A DNA stretch of 64,000 bases from Ylistrum balloti (taxonomy: Eukaryota). The notes below the pieces were generated by a model, which did no database searches, was not told where the DNA came from, and was given only the letters and a program-made list of their open reading frames with translations. The position numbers and the translations under genes were made by a program. Shown here in pieces: positions 24,767-38,699 of the stretch. The stretch is taken from positions 248,001-312,000 of the forward strand of contig NW_026782742.1 of the NCBI RefSeq assembly GCF_031769215.1. Reading direction: 5' to 3'. The number at the start of each line of letters is the position of its first letter. Within the stretch, counting starts at the first letter, position 1.

Positions 24767-27184
24767 TCACATTTCTGTTTTTTCTTCACCAGGGTCATCT
24801 GATACTTCCGGTGGCGGTGGGAGTGGAAATTCTTTTTCGTCTGCTGCTGAACTGTTCACGGAATCTAAATCGGACCCCTCAAGGTTATCGTTTGCTGGTT
24901 CGTTATTATCTGACGGTTCTTCTTCTTCCTGTTCCGGGTCTTTGTCGTCAGTTTGCGCTTGCGTAGAGAAATTTGAGGCTGTGTCATCGTTACTTGTCGG
25001 TTCTACTCGCAACCAAGATGGCGGTTCTACTGTGATGGAGTTAACGTCATCTTTACTGCCAGTCTCGGTCTCAGCTGGATTGTGTTTGAACGATAGGAGT
25101 CCAGTATTATTATCATTGTCAGTCGCTGATTTTCTGTGCGAAATGGAAATCAATTTTTTACAACAAAAAGATTTACAACAATTAATTTTTAATATAAGAA
25201 ATTGGCTCCACTAATCAAATTCACACAAATATTATTTATAATCATATTTTGTGACGTTTAAACGGAAACGAGTCTAAAATCGGAAATTTTAACTGAACTT
25301 GGTTCATTGACTCATTGTTGGATAAACATCTTAAAGTAATGTTATACGAAAAGTAACACTGTTAAAACTTTTGAAAAAACAAAGAAACCTTTCATCTTCC
25401 AGGTCAATAGTCTCGAATTTTGTCCCGTAGTCCATCCCTTCCATCTGCAGAGTCATTGGTCCACCCCTGACGTTTCCGCCCGGACCACCATTCTCCTCCA
25501 GGTAATGTGAGCCAGATCTCCGCTTCCCGTGAAAGTAGAATATTACTATCCCCAACACGACACAAAGCAGTGCAGCAAATGTGATGATAAACAACGGTAA
25601 ACCAATCCTTCCAAACGATGTCTCGGTGTCGACAACTAAAATTAATAAACAATAATAAACGTAGGTGAATGAGTGAACGAACGATCCAACCAACATACCA
25701 GCCAACAACCAACCACCCAGCCATCCACAACCAACCAACCAACTAACCAACCAACCAACCAACCAACCATCCAACTTACCAACCAACAAATCATCCACAC
25801 CCAGCCAACCAACCAACAACCAACCACCCAACCATCCACAACCAACCAACAATTAACCAACCAATCATCCAGCCAACCAACCAACAACTAACCACCCAAC
25901 CATCCACAACCAACCAACTAACCACCCAACCAACCAACCAACCAACTAACCAACCAACCAACCATCCAACATACCAACCAACAATTAACCAACCAATCAT
26001 CCAGCCAACCAACCAACAACCAACCACCCAACCATCCACAACCAACCAACAATTAACCAACCAATCATCCAGCCAACCAACCAACAACAAACCAACCAAC
26101 AACCAACCAATCAACCAACCAATCAACCAGTAATTTACGATCGATCAAACGAACGAACGAATAAATAAATTAGAAACGTGAAACGATGGCATGTGATGAA
26201 AATATTTCATAATAACCTTTTGACAAACCACCACTAACAGTGACCTTATCAAATACATATAGTTTACCCTTTTGAGGAAACCTACCATAGAAAGAAAACG
26301 AAAATAAGAGAGAACAACATAGTTTGTTCATTCAAAAACAGTTTTAGCATGCTTCGACAAATAATTTTAAACAAATATAAACCAAGAGAGGTATATTTCA
26401 ATTGTTTTTAACTTTTTCTCCTTATTTAAAACGTTGACCAAGAATTATGGACCCTTTCATCAACGCCCAACGTCACATGACTATTTGCGTACGGAGGAAA
26501 CACAATTATCACAACAAACGGGAGAGATATTGACACAGATTCCAGTTTAGTAGGTGGCGTTACCAGTCCATAAAGGCCTCTGATTTGATATTGATAAAAA
26601 TGAACCTTTGTATAAAGACTAACTAATTCAAAATGCATAATCTTCAGATATGACGATGCATTCTTAAATATTACCTTTGTCTGTCGCCCCTTTTGTTTCT
26701 GTTGTGGTTTTCTTCATCGTTTGCGTTTGTTTAGTCGTCGTCATCGTTTGCGTTTGTTTAGTCGTCGTCATCGTTGTTTGTGTTGTTGTTGTCGAAGGTT
26801 TTAATGTTGGCGTAGGTGTTGTTATTGCTGCTGTAGGTGTTGTTGTCGTCGTAGATGTTGTTGTTGTCGTCGGAAGTGTTGTTGTTGGCATTGTCGTTGG
26901 TGCCAAAGTTGTTGAGCTGTTGGTTGGTGGAAGTGAGGTGGAACCACCGGTTGTGTCATTCGTCATTTGCCCCGTTGTTGTGCCATTTGTGGCAATCGTT
27001 TGTTGTGTGGATGTTTGCGGTGACGTCGTTGGTTCAGAAGAATTCATTTGGATGTCATATGTGGTATTCATCATGGCGTCTGTTGTTGAGGGTGAAGTCA
27101 CCATAGTGTTGCCGGGTGTGCTTGTCGATGATGTAATATTGGCGTCATCTGTGGTCTGTCCTGTTGAACCCGTCAGCAATACGC
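24767..27184 (-). CDS. Type-I membrane mucin-like protein (Thr-rich ectodomain, single TM, acidic tail); first exon not found
   Basis: Exons 26675-27184 (phase 1-1, T/S/P-rich, several NxS/T sites), 25389-25635 (phase 1-2; TM IGLPLFIITFAALLCVVLGIVIFYF then HGKRR), 24767-25133 (phase 2 to TGA; ends FPLPPPPE...EEKTEM). All junctions are GT-AG and in frame. Confidence 0.88.
25680..26125. repeat. (CCAA)n-based microsatellite with ~70-bp higher-order units, in a mucin intron
   Basis: Recurring ccagccaaccaaccaacaaccaaccacccaaccatccacaaccaaccaacaattaaccaaccaatcat; source of the W/V/G-rich ORFs. Confidence 0.95.
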
Positions 27185-28480
27185 CTTAAAGGAATGGAAA
27201 ATATGACAGCACAAATAAGTATATTGTCAACGCATTTACGTTCGAATAAAAGGTGTCTAGTAACATCCATTAAAACAGAAATAGAACCATTCTGGCGGCA
27301 TCGAACATACTCTTACCGGAATACTAAACCTGTTAACTATCAAATGTCAGTACATCACTTTTAAATTAACCATCATTGTTTGACAAAATATACAGCTTTG
27401 GTTGGTATTTTTCTCTCTCTCAAAATACAAATGAAAATATGAGGAATTATCAATCTCATTTTTAGATCAATAAGACGGGATGGGAGATAACTCTGTTTAA
27501 CCATGCTATGGCTTCTCTCGAGCGCATGTAGTGTCATATATGTTCTTATGAAAATCAGTTTCAATTTCATTAACATTGAATGCTTGAATCAGAATTTAAG
27601 TATAAATTCTTGCAAATATCACTGATGCTTGCTGATACTGGAGTTATGTTTAAACACATGTACTGCCTGTTGTAATTGTATGATATATTTTGATTGATAT
27701 ATAGAATCACACGTATCAGTTATGCCTATGGTATAGAATACCAAAACACCGTTCCTAAGTAATACTTGTTTAAACATTACATCTCATCATTACTACAGCG
27801 GCTCCATTTTTGAGATCTTTGTGGAGATGTGTGGAGATGTATTGTAAATACTACCATTATCGGTAATTTTCTTCGTCAGAAAAAAAACTCATAAAATGGA
27901 TGAAGGGGTCTGATTGAGGGACTTTTCCAATGACATTCCCACACTCATAAAGGGGGAGCGGTTCTAGATTAGAATAGTTCTCGACAGTATATATCAGGGC
28001 ATCATCTTGAATCAAGCTTGTTTATAATGATAATTCTTTTAAATCTTCTTCCTTGGAGGATCTCACGGCGAACATTTTGATTGGATGTGACTAGGTTTGC
28101 GCTGCTTCTCTTGAGCACTTTTTAATTAGTCGGCAAATATACGTGACCTAAGGGACATAACTCGTACCAATCGCCTTGTTGCGGTCGAGAGATTCATCGA
28201 TTGATCGTAATCCATGGAAGTTGGGGGATGATATCAGGTGAGATCATTCTAAGTCCATAGTGAGATTAACCCAAGTAAGATAAATGATATAAGATACTTT
28301 GATTGATAATTGATTAGACAGATTAATAAAAAAGTTCAACTTATTAATTGAAATAAACAATAGATGGCTAAATCAATTTATTGATTGAAAGAATATTCAT
28401 TTATTTATTTGTTTACTTATTTATTGATATTTTCATGTAGTTTACCATATCATTGGAATAAGCTTGTTGGAACAAAATGA

Positions 28481-28626
28481 NNNNNNNNNNNNNNNNNNNN
28501 NNNNNNNNNNNNNNNNNNNNNNNNNNNNNNNNNNNNNNNNNNNNNNNNNNNNNNNNNNNNNNNNNNNNNNNNNNNNNNNNNNNNNNNNNNNNNNNNNNNN
28601 NNNNNNNNNNNNNNNNNNNNNNNNNN
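28481..28626. other. Assembly gap
   Basis: Run of N. Confidence 1.
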
Positions 28627-30329
28627 ACAAAAGTGTCGATAATGGGAATGTCAGGAAATCCTGTTTTTAGTGTTCACGGTTATCCTGTGAGATTTGGTGG
28701 TGCATAATGAACAATTAACACTATATCCGTAATAATAAGTAAAGATTAAATTTTATTGTATATTTTGCACAAGGACGTATAATATTATTACCATACGTCC
28801 CTGTTTTACAGTCAACACTTCCTGTTCAAATCGCGTCACTATACACAATGAAGCACGGAGTGGACATTTTTATCTTATATATATGGTTTACTTCCTGTAT
28901 ACTCAGTTTGTACAATGGATAACAAAGACATAAATTATCCACCTTGAACGCTACCGTCAGGACTTCTAAACAACAACACGTCGTTAGAGATATCAGAAGA
29001 CATTACATTATAAAGATGAAAAACTTTATCGGGAAAACATGGAAGAAAATTATTCCTGGATTTTTTCTCAAATGTTTAAGAATTCTGAATAATTTATACT
29101 CCACCATAACATACGAATTTTTCGATTTTACTTATTAATTTCTACCACATGGTATTCAGTGCTTAAATACTTTAGAAAACAAAGATACATAATTCACACA
29201 TCTGATTAGGGGGAGGGGTTGACATATGTTTTTTTTTTTTTTAATGTTTTTCATAAATTACATATCTCATGATACATGCCTGATAATTAAAATTAAATTA
29301 ATCAAAAAGACAAAAGCGGTTGGGATCAAAGAAGTTCTTGGGGAGAAAAGAGTTCTTGACCCCAAAGAAAGTTGGCACGGATTCCCAGTCTCACTGTCTA
29401 TATATACATGTATGAAGCTGTCGTTCTTATTTTCTTTATCACACTTCAGCACATTTGTGTGCCGAAAGAGGTCATCATCTACATTACAGAATTGTCTGGT
29501 ACGTTACATTTATCTTGGTAGCAACAATGCAATTTGTATCAGAATAAACACTTATATAGCAACTGATTCTGTCAGACCTAAAAAGTTAAAAATAGTATCT
29601 GATACGTGCCAGTTTGTAAACTATTACAGCAAGTTAGACAGCTATTTTTGTAAACATGGAAACCAATATCATTAAGTAAACAAACATTACACAAAGGTTA
29701 ATAATCCTCTCATTTTATGTAAGTGTGGGTATCTATGATAGTTACACAGGTTCCGGTCACATTTTATTTTACCACGGTTTGTTGCTATGATGTTGCAGTA
29801 CCAAATCTATATAATCTATATCTGATAATAAACTGTTACCAATTCCTGTGTAATAATTAAGTAAATTCATTATATTTAATTTTTTGAGTTTTTAAAATTA
29901 TGTTTCGAAGTATTGTTATAGAAATAAATAAATATATATAAATAAATAAAGATGTGAAGGAGCTTAGAAATTGAATTATGGTATATTTTTAATTTAACTA
30001 TATGATTGATAAGAGGGAGGAAAACAAAGAAACAAACAAACAAAACAAAAGCAAAAACAAAAAAAGTACAAAAAATAAATAAATAAAACCACAAAAATGA
30101 AAAAAAAAACTATCAACGCCTTTGATTTCTCTCCCTTCTGATCGTCGCATACCTTTGGTTTAAACCTTTACTACAACAACCCCAAAACCCCCCTCCCCAC
30201 CCCTCCTTCCCATCGCAACCTCAACTAGGTGTCCACACATACGTTTTTTAACAGTTGTCCAAAATTGCTCTTTCCCGAGGTAAGTACAGTGTAAATTACA
30301 TACTGTTTATGTCGTTACTCTTGTAAGTA

Positions 30330-30610
30330 CCGTGTTACATAAGATAGTGTAAAAATGTGTTTCTAGCGTGTAACCGAAATATTTACTGTGTGACACGCTT
30401 TTTTCGTGTGTCTCGTGTCACTGCCGTGTTATATAAGACGGTGTAAAATGTGTTTCTAGCGTGTAACCGGAATATCTACCGCGTTACACGCTTTTTTCGT
30501 GTATCTAGTGTCACTGCCGTGTTATATAAGACAGTGTAAAATGTGTTTCTAGCGTGTAACCGAAATATCTACCGTGTAACACGCTTTTTTCATGTTTCTC
30601 GTGCAACTAC
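30330..30610. repeat. 93-bp tandem repeat x3 with internal hairpin
   Basis: ttctagcgtgtaacc at 30361, 30454 and 30547; the units contain AGCGTGTAAC...GTTACACGCT (perfect in unit 2). Confidence 0.9.
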
Positions 30611-30870
30611 CATGCTATTTGTGTCGAGACCATATAGCATTCGTCACAATGGTGTAAACTATTTATTTACCGTGTTACCGATTTATTTACCGTGTTTCAT
30701 GCTGTTTTTCGCGTTCCTATCACATTATTTAAGTAAACATCGCGTAGCCACAGTAACCGGTGTAACTATCGTGTAATATATTACATGTAGCTACTTTGTT
30801 TTACGTAAAGTTAACAAGAAATGTGTTCAACACAAATACTGTGCAAGATATGTAACTACTGTGTAATATG

Positions 30871-30958
30871 TGTAACTAGTAACTGACGTGTAGCGTGACT
30901 CGTTTACACGTGTAACTAGTAACTGACGTGTAGTGTGACTTGTTTACACGTGTAACTA
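30871..30958. repeat. 40-bp tandem repeat x2
   Basis: tgtaactagtaactgacgtgtag(c/t)gtgact(c/t)gtttacacg at 30871 and 30911. Confidence 0.9.
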
Positions 30959-31389
30959 CAGAGGAACATCTGTAACACGTGCATTACTCATCTATTATAT
31001 ATAGTTTTACATGTGTAACTGAAGTGTAATGTGAGAAGTGCCGTATTACTTCAGTGTCATATCTAGTGTGATATCTTATCACTTATGTCTGTCGTCTTCA
31101 CTCTGGGGATGTTTGAAGGTATGACATTTTAAAATGTTACATACGCTAGAACTTGCTTTTCTAAGGCAAGTTGCAACTTAATATCATAGAATGCAAAGTA
31201 CTGATTCCGTATGCGATATCTATTTAGGAGCCTACTATCCCCATTGCATGATCGTGAGAGGTGTCTTTACTAGGGATTTTAACTTTTAATTTCTTTCCTA
31301 AATCTAAAAATCTTCCTCCTTCTAATATCGCTTTTGACACTTCCTCCCTTTTGACCTCTAGCTGGGCATTCGGCCCTGTAAGGGCTTCA

Positions 31390-31625
31390 GGTCCCAAACC
31401 CTAGTTAAGACATACGAGTGTGTCGTATAACGTGACTTGGTGAGGTGTACTACTGCGGCCCTTCGGTAGTAAATGCATTTGTTCATCAGATGAAAGCTTG
31501 CATAAACTTATCACAGCCTCCCGAAAACACACGCGCACAATGCGTGCAATTTTCTAGTTTACCTGGGGAGGTCGTCTTAGATGACAATAGCTGTTGACTG
31601 GACGTTAAACAATATAGAAACACAT
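31390..31625 (+). mobile_element. SINE fragment
   Basis: Ends ggtcgtcttagatgacaatagctgttgactggacgttaaacaa, similar to the other SINE 3' ends here. Confidence 0.5.
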
Positions 31626-34600
31626 CAACCTGGCGACGTAAATGTATAACATGATGTCCTGTTTGCAGTAAATTTGTTTTCCTAACTTCATCTTAACACT
31701 AAAGGCCCCTAGGTTGTAAGGAGTCACTTAGATTAGAACAATGACTGTTGTAGAGAACAACAGACGCCAGCGAGGGAGATAAAAGTGTGCACCACTCCAC
31801 CTAGATGTATAAACAAAATGTACGGTATGCAATGTACTTTTCTTCATAAAACCGGTTAGAATCAGGAAGAAGATATAAAAATATCATATTGTTCAGGTTA
31901 GAAAATGTCGACTATTATCTCACCTGTAAACCTGCACAAGTATGGTTTCACATGCATTCTAGTGCCCGCTGTATATATCTAAATATATTTGTTTGAAAAG
32001 AAACTGCATTGGAGTTTGAAGTTACATTCATATTTTTTTTTTTTTTTTTTTAGATAATTTTTAATGAGGTGAATTAATTAAACTTTAAATATATATGTTC
32101 TTAAAAGTATGCAATAGGCTATACATCTGTCAAAAATGTTTCAGAATTAAATACTTTTTTAATCATACAAGTGCAGATCGCGTCAGCTAATTAATATACT
32201 GCGTTAAATACAAAAAGGATAATACTTTTAATGATACTTACATGTGAAACATAAAAGGAAAGCAACATTTCTTATCTCTGTAGACTTTTCCATCTTCGCA
32301 CTTTGTCTATATTTAAAACACGTCTTCATCATTTCTTCATCTTTTGTGTGATAGATCTCTCAGTCGGCCTTAAACGTTCGCCATTTTGAATGCCGTCATT
32401 TGGTGTCGCACATGTACACCGCTGTCTGGAGGAAGAATTATTCAAAACCGGAAACTGCCCACATGTGTCATTTGAGAGGCTAGGTCGGAAGGATTGTATA
32501 GCTAAAAGTGGACGTGTATGAGAATATATCATCAGGGCATTTTCACAAAAACCTATATTAACTAAAGATTGTGTGTCGTTTCAGGAAGTTTCATTCGTGT
32601 GAATGCTTTGTTGTGACAAATATGTAGACTTACACACATATATATATTCTTATCCAAACAAAATTGTGAATGAGGACCACAGTATAATTTTACAGGAAAA
32701 TGCCGATGGAAATATGTCCTGATTCTTTGTTCATCGCTCGAAATTAATTGTAATTTTTTAATTGCATTTTTATAAAAGACGTTTATTTTTAAACAAATCC
32801 AATTCCCTGGCCCGAGTTTTGAAAAAAACATTTCCGCAGTACAGAAATTTTGGTCAAGAGAGATAATTCAAACCGGAAGTAGTAATTTGTATTGTTAAAA
32901 ATGCTGTCAGTTGAATATGATTTTATCATTATTCAACATTTAGGTAAAATATTACGTATACTGCTATATCTTGATCAGCATTGTCACAATGTCAGCAACT
33001 AAAAAAGACAGAACATTTCATCAGATTGAGGTTGTATACATTGTGTAATTGATGACAAAAGCTAAATAGGTCTTCGCACGATTAACGAATCAAAGATATA
33101 TAGAATCTCATGCTTTCTTCACGTCGTTTCCTTAACCACGCCCTAAAATTAGACGAACGAATTTGATATACTTTTCAGCAGTATTAGATTTATCTGTATT
33201 CGAATAACAATTATTTTATGTACCAGTATTTTTTTCCAAAAATAGATTGTCGTCAGCAATATACAAAAGTATATACGATCTCAAAATAGAGGCGTGGCCC
33301 TGGTCCTATACAAGTTGAATATCATGTGAAATATACTTGAGTCTAAGTGTACAACACCAAGTTAATTCAGGGCTTCAGTGCTGGTGACTGCAACTTGCTT
33401 TGGCTTTAATGACAGTTTGCGAGTAACAGTTTATTTAATACGTATGATAATATGACAATAATATTACACTATCAAGCATTGAACCGTTTAAATGCACTTC
33501 ACTGAATTTGCGTTCATCCATTTGACATTTATAAGTATATGAATGCCAACTAAACATAAAGTAATGCTTACAATCTGTATATTGACTGATTTCTAATGTT
33601 ATCCGACTTTTCATCTTTTATTCGATTCTATATCGGATTTCAAAACCTTTGCTTTCCATTGGCAGTTATGATATTATAAACATCGTTTTCTTGACGACGG
33701 ATATATATAGTGTGTGTTACAGAAGTACAATATTTTACAACAAAATTACAATATTTACACTTGCTTTGCATAGTCTCAGTATGTAGGTGAAGCTTACCAT
33801 CCAAAATTTGTATAAATTTCATCTTTTATGCTCGTAGATTGTGCAATGTTTTCTCTCATCCCAAAATAATTCAATTCAATGTAGAAGCGTGAAGAGGCAT
33901 GTATAATAATTAGAAGTGTTACATAATATATGTATTTGAAAATAGTTAAAATATAAAAACGCCAACTTAGTTTTTTTTTTTTTTGGCTTATTTCAATGTA
34001 ATCATAGCTTCATCAATGAGGCCCAAGTGGCGCCACCTACTACTTCTGGTATAATACATGTATGGCAGTTGGCTGAACTCGCCATTGTTTTAACGATGTG
34101 TATCAGACATCTGTGGTTATCAAACATAAACATACGGATTGTCGTTCATTTTTGTTTATACACTGAAATCCAAAATGTATTTATATAAGAAATAACTGCC
34201 ACGCCCAACGCACGCCAAGTAATTATATAATATTGTGTTGTTACAGTGTATGAAGGACACTCTGTGTCTCCTAGCTGCCAGCTCCACACTTAAAAGAAGT
34301 ACAATGGTTTATTTCATCTAACGTCACGAAAATTTCACGCCAAACTGTCACAGGAACCTCCACCAGATCTCGCGTCGTCCATGGTACATTGCGCGAGTGG
34401 TTACAACAAAGGGACATAATTTAAGAATTCCTCTCAAGAAATATCAACGATAATCATCTACTGTCGGGAAAAAGCTACGGTAGACTTTTTTTTCTGACAA
34501 TCCCAAGTGACCAAGGGAAACCTATATATAAAATTTGGTACAGATCCATCCAGTAATTCTCAAGGATTAGTGATTACAACTTTTCAACGCCGGTCAAATG

Positions 34601-37600
34601 TCAAGACAGGCTGTCTGTCTGGTATTTTGTTTGCCCGATCACACACACAAAAAAAAAAAAAATGAACGGACACAACTAGAAAACAATAGAAACTTGCATT
34701 TGAAATTTGTGACTTTTATTGTCAAATTTAAAGACGGGCGCTTTTAGGACATGTTGTTTTTAGGATTGTCCTTAAAAGGGACAATCCACAAGTAGACATG
34801 ATCGTGGGTAAATAAAGAAAACAATGATTCTCGAGTATTTGTGGCTACTGAGGCAACCAAACGGGAAATAATTATAAATAGTGATAAATAGATAAATTTG
34901 ATTAGCTTATCAAATGAGACTGATTAAACATGTCGCTGTAGTTCGAGATAGTATCCTGCCTAAAAATCAAACGACCTACTGGTCAAGAGGGCGGGGTCCA
35001 TATAGGACACTAGTAACCTGTAGGTGCCCAGATAAGACTGGTTGCGATGTGATGACATGTCAGAAGTACTACAAAGAATAAGTCATGGCTCTAAACTAGA
35101 TTCATTGTCTTCAGTGTGTTTGTAAACTATACCATTTATAGCGATGTTATATGAACCGGAAACTTTTGGTTTAAAAAAAATATCACCCAAAATGGTTGTA
35201 TAATCGTGATAGACTGGTTTAAGCAAGTGAAGATTTATCCCGATATTGACTCGGGGACATTGTCTGACATGTGTAGAAAGCGAAGGTTGATGATTACTTA
35301 CATACAAGCATCACAAACACCCAGATTGGAAACAAATACAAGTAAATTATCTCTAAATGATATTTCTCATAATGCTACCCTTCACCCAAACCACGCTTCA
35401 AACCCACTTCATCAGGTAATGTTGGGAAGATTTAAACTGCTTTTAAAAAGTTTATCATTCACAGCCAGAATACATGAGAATGTCGGAAATAAATCAACTT
35501 AGATAGTGTCGTTTTCCCCAGATAACTGAGTAACAAATTGATTTCCCCCGTACATCCGCATACAACTTAGTAACAACCAGTGTTATTCCGGATGTAGATA
35601 AAGCTGCATTGTCACCGTCAATAATTTCTTCCTTAATAAATATCGGAAATTGTATCTTTTATGGCAACTTAATATTGTAACGGATGCGTACTGACAGTTC
35701 GTTTACCAAGTTCTACCTTGGACCCAGTAACTGTTTAACAAATAAAAATGCCTACAATATATACAAAATACCGGCCTGTCTACCTGACTCAAATAACAAT
35801 GATTTAAACTATATGCAAATCCAATAACTATACTCTAAACTACACCCGGTAGATAATTAACGTTAATTGCACCTAAACAGTGATATCTATATAAAGTCTC
35901 AATACCATCTAAAACACTGTGTCACATATATACCCGTCATCCTGTGTCGGCAGTAAATAATCAACCTTTTACTTCAACACCCATGACTACAACTTGACCG
36001 CGGCACACTTTGACCACGTCAGCCCTTACCGCGACACACGTGCATTGACTGCGTCACTTTTGCCGCAACAACTTTGACCAAGTCACGTACACTGTATACA
36101 CTGTGTCTCGGCAAAACATGTGCCTCGGTACCCTGTCATTGTATCTGATCAAGTACAATATATATATCAATAATATATCAATAATTATTCATTTGCAAAA
36201 TTGGGACACGTTGATTGGAGGATACAGAACGTGGGCGGCGGAGTGCAAAGTTCACGTCACCATGGCGATCCGACCACTCTCGAGATCCAACATAACTTTT
36301 GATATATGAAGATAAAGTTTAATATCTTCTCTGTTGCTATTTCTGTCAGACAAGAAGACTAAAATCAAATATGCAATGTTATATATCATATGGATGTATA
36401 TATTCGTTGCCTGGTAATTCGTTCAACATTTACAATGTATATTTACTATTTGTTTGTTGGGTCACTTTATCTCCTCGTGGAAAGCTCCATCAGGTCAAAA
36501 ATTACTCAAAACCAATATCTTGAAAATCTGAAATTGGAACCAGGAACTTGAATTCCGGATATCGTCAACATTTTGATAAAGCTTTTCTGAAAAAAAGTGC
36601 TGAGTAGCATTTATCTAAATTTATCCACCCACACTTTCACATCAAAAACAGAAACGAACAACGGTATTTTAGAAAACAACTGATTTATAAGTCTTAATGA
36701 AAACGGGGCTAATATTGCTTTAGGTTTGTCGGGTGGAGCAGTGGTGCAGACGTGAAAAGCTGTTGGGTCAGCTGCCAAACCTCATGGGATTTCCAAGTGT
36801 ACCCCAGTTTCCTCTTACAGTTGTATAATGACAACACACCACCACCCCCAACCCCACCCCCTCCCACCCCCTTCGCGCTTGCAAGCAAGCCAACAAGAGT
36901 GATTAGTATACGGTGACAGTTTGTTTGGCAATCGTTGTAAAATAAATAAAGTTTATATTAAAAGCGGTTAAGATGTAAAATGGAAATGTGATAGAAGTAA
37001 TTTTATAGGATCTATTGACGGTGTTAACAGGGGATAAGTTTTATTTAACCTAATGTGTTGTATATGACAACTTAAACCACAAGTTGAGTTTCGGTCAGTA
37101 ACAAAACCCGGAAGTACGTGTTCGTCATACAATTTCACACCCAATGATTTTGTGTCATACACATTTCGGATCCCGCCTTCACAGTGGCATGGTATATATG
37201 AAGACGAAACTGAATGAAGAGGCTCTCTTAACTCAAGTAGTCTTTTTATAACGGGCCCGATGACGTGTTGATCTTTAAGATCAGCTCTTGAGAAACAAAA
37301 AACAAAATATATAAGTGGAGGGTAAGGATCAAATTCAAGTAGAGGCAAAATGGAATTATCTCATACAACACGAACAGTAAGATTTTTTTTTTAACTGATT
37401 GTGTGACGCTTAAATTTACATGAGTAGATTTCACATAAAGTATTCACACTGTAATATACAGAATCATCCTCGATACTTCAAGGGTTTGAATCACTACTTC
37501 CGCTTTCTGGACCCTGGAAAATGGAGCGTATCAGCCTGTGCGATTGGTCTGGATTTTTTTTTCTCCTGTGACTAATGATATTTTCTTCACTTGCGCCTTC

Positions 37601-38219
37601 TGTTTTGCCATGACATGTTCTTGGGGTGTTGAAACCGGAAGTGATTGTAACTCCTGGAGTATCGAGGAAGATACAAATGTTTACACTGAAATAGACTACA
37701 AGCTATCATACTATGAAACACAACAGTGTTTAAAGTAATATAGCGTACGATACACACTAATAGATTTTCATGAAATTAACAATATTCTCAAAATAAATAT
37801 ATAAAGCGAGATAAAACGCACAGGATATAATTACTTACATGTATATATGTAAAATGTGAATATTTCAGTACTATCTACAGTGTAATGAATGTCCGATTGC
37901 ATTTCAAATATACATTTAGAATTTTAATCGAAATATTACAAATATTTAAACGTTGTTAGTAGAAAAAAATCCTACAGACATGATAAGTGATCAGTGTCTA
38001 CATTTAGCATATGGCAAGAGATATTGACCATCCTTGTAAAATTTTTTGTGTTTATAGTATTGGTAAATCGATTACCGATAAAGCATTTAAAATCTTACTA
38101 TCCATTCGTTAAGGACATTTATTGTGGGTTATTCTAAATTTTGGTATGTCACTATCAATATCATATAAATATGAAGGTTTACATCAAGGTTATCTTTAAG
38201 TTTAAAACTTTTTCGATTT

Positions 38220-38595
38220 CGCCTCATACGGATCGAAACTTTTTCGTATTTAATAATTAGCTTCTGACTTGGCTGACATTTTGTCGAAGAGCTTTCCAAA
38301 ATAGGCCACAAAGACCTTGCAAAGTCGTTTAATTTTACTTTAATGTATTTTGGTGATGTCTGGTCTTTAAACAACACGAGATATATTGACTACGTCCATC
38401 GCATGAATCCACCAGGATTGGAAATCAAGAACGAGCCAGATTTTTCTACATCAGCAGCTTATTTCGATCTTTTCCTACAACGAAACCAACATGGTCAGTT
38501 TTCCACCAGTACGATAGGTGTGATGATTCCAATTTCCCTGTAGTGAATTTGCCTTTTCTTGATAGCAATAATCCTGCATCCACAAGTTATGGTTT
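38220..38595 (+). pseudogene. Penelope-like reverse transcriptase fragment (dead)
   Basis: KDLAKSFNFTLMYFGDVWSLNNTRYIDYVHRMNPPGLEIKNEPDFSTSAAYFDLFL, then after a frameshift DDSNFPVVNLPFLDSNNPASTSYG; matches SFNFTFRYIDDVLSLNN...IYP.ELEIK...SA.YLDL...DDFNFPIVNFPFL.SNIP...YG. The catalytic YIDD has become YFGD. Confidence 0.85.
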
Positions 38596-38699
38596 TTAAA
38601 AGGTTTCAATAGATAAAAAAAATGATGGGGAAGTTTTACGGTCGTCATATTGATTTCATTCTGAAAAAAAAATCACGTGTCAATTCATTTCTTTGTGTG

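Noticed and set aside
25331-26126. W/V/G/L-rich and Q/P/T/N-rich ORFs
   Set aside because: Products of the (CCAA)n repeat; only 25389-25635 is a real exon.
26426-26638. 70-aa - ORF as an extra mucin exon
   Set aside because: In the phase required by the upstream exon it hits stops, and the flanking exons already join in frame.
26677-27189. Val-rich + strand ORFs
   Set aside because: Antisense shadow of the Thr-rich mucin exon.
28442-28707. ORFs spanning N runs (also 41630-42189)
   Set aside because: Artefacts of assembly gaps; only 42051-42181 is real coding sequence.
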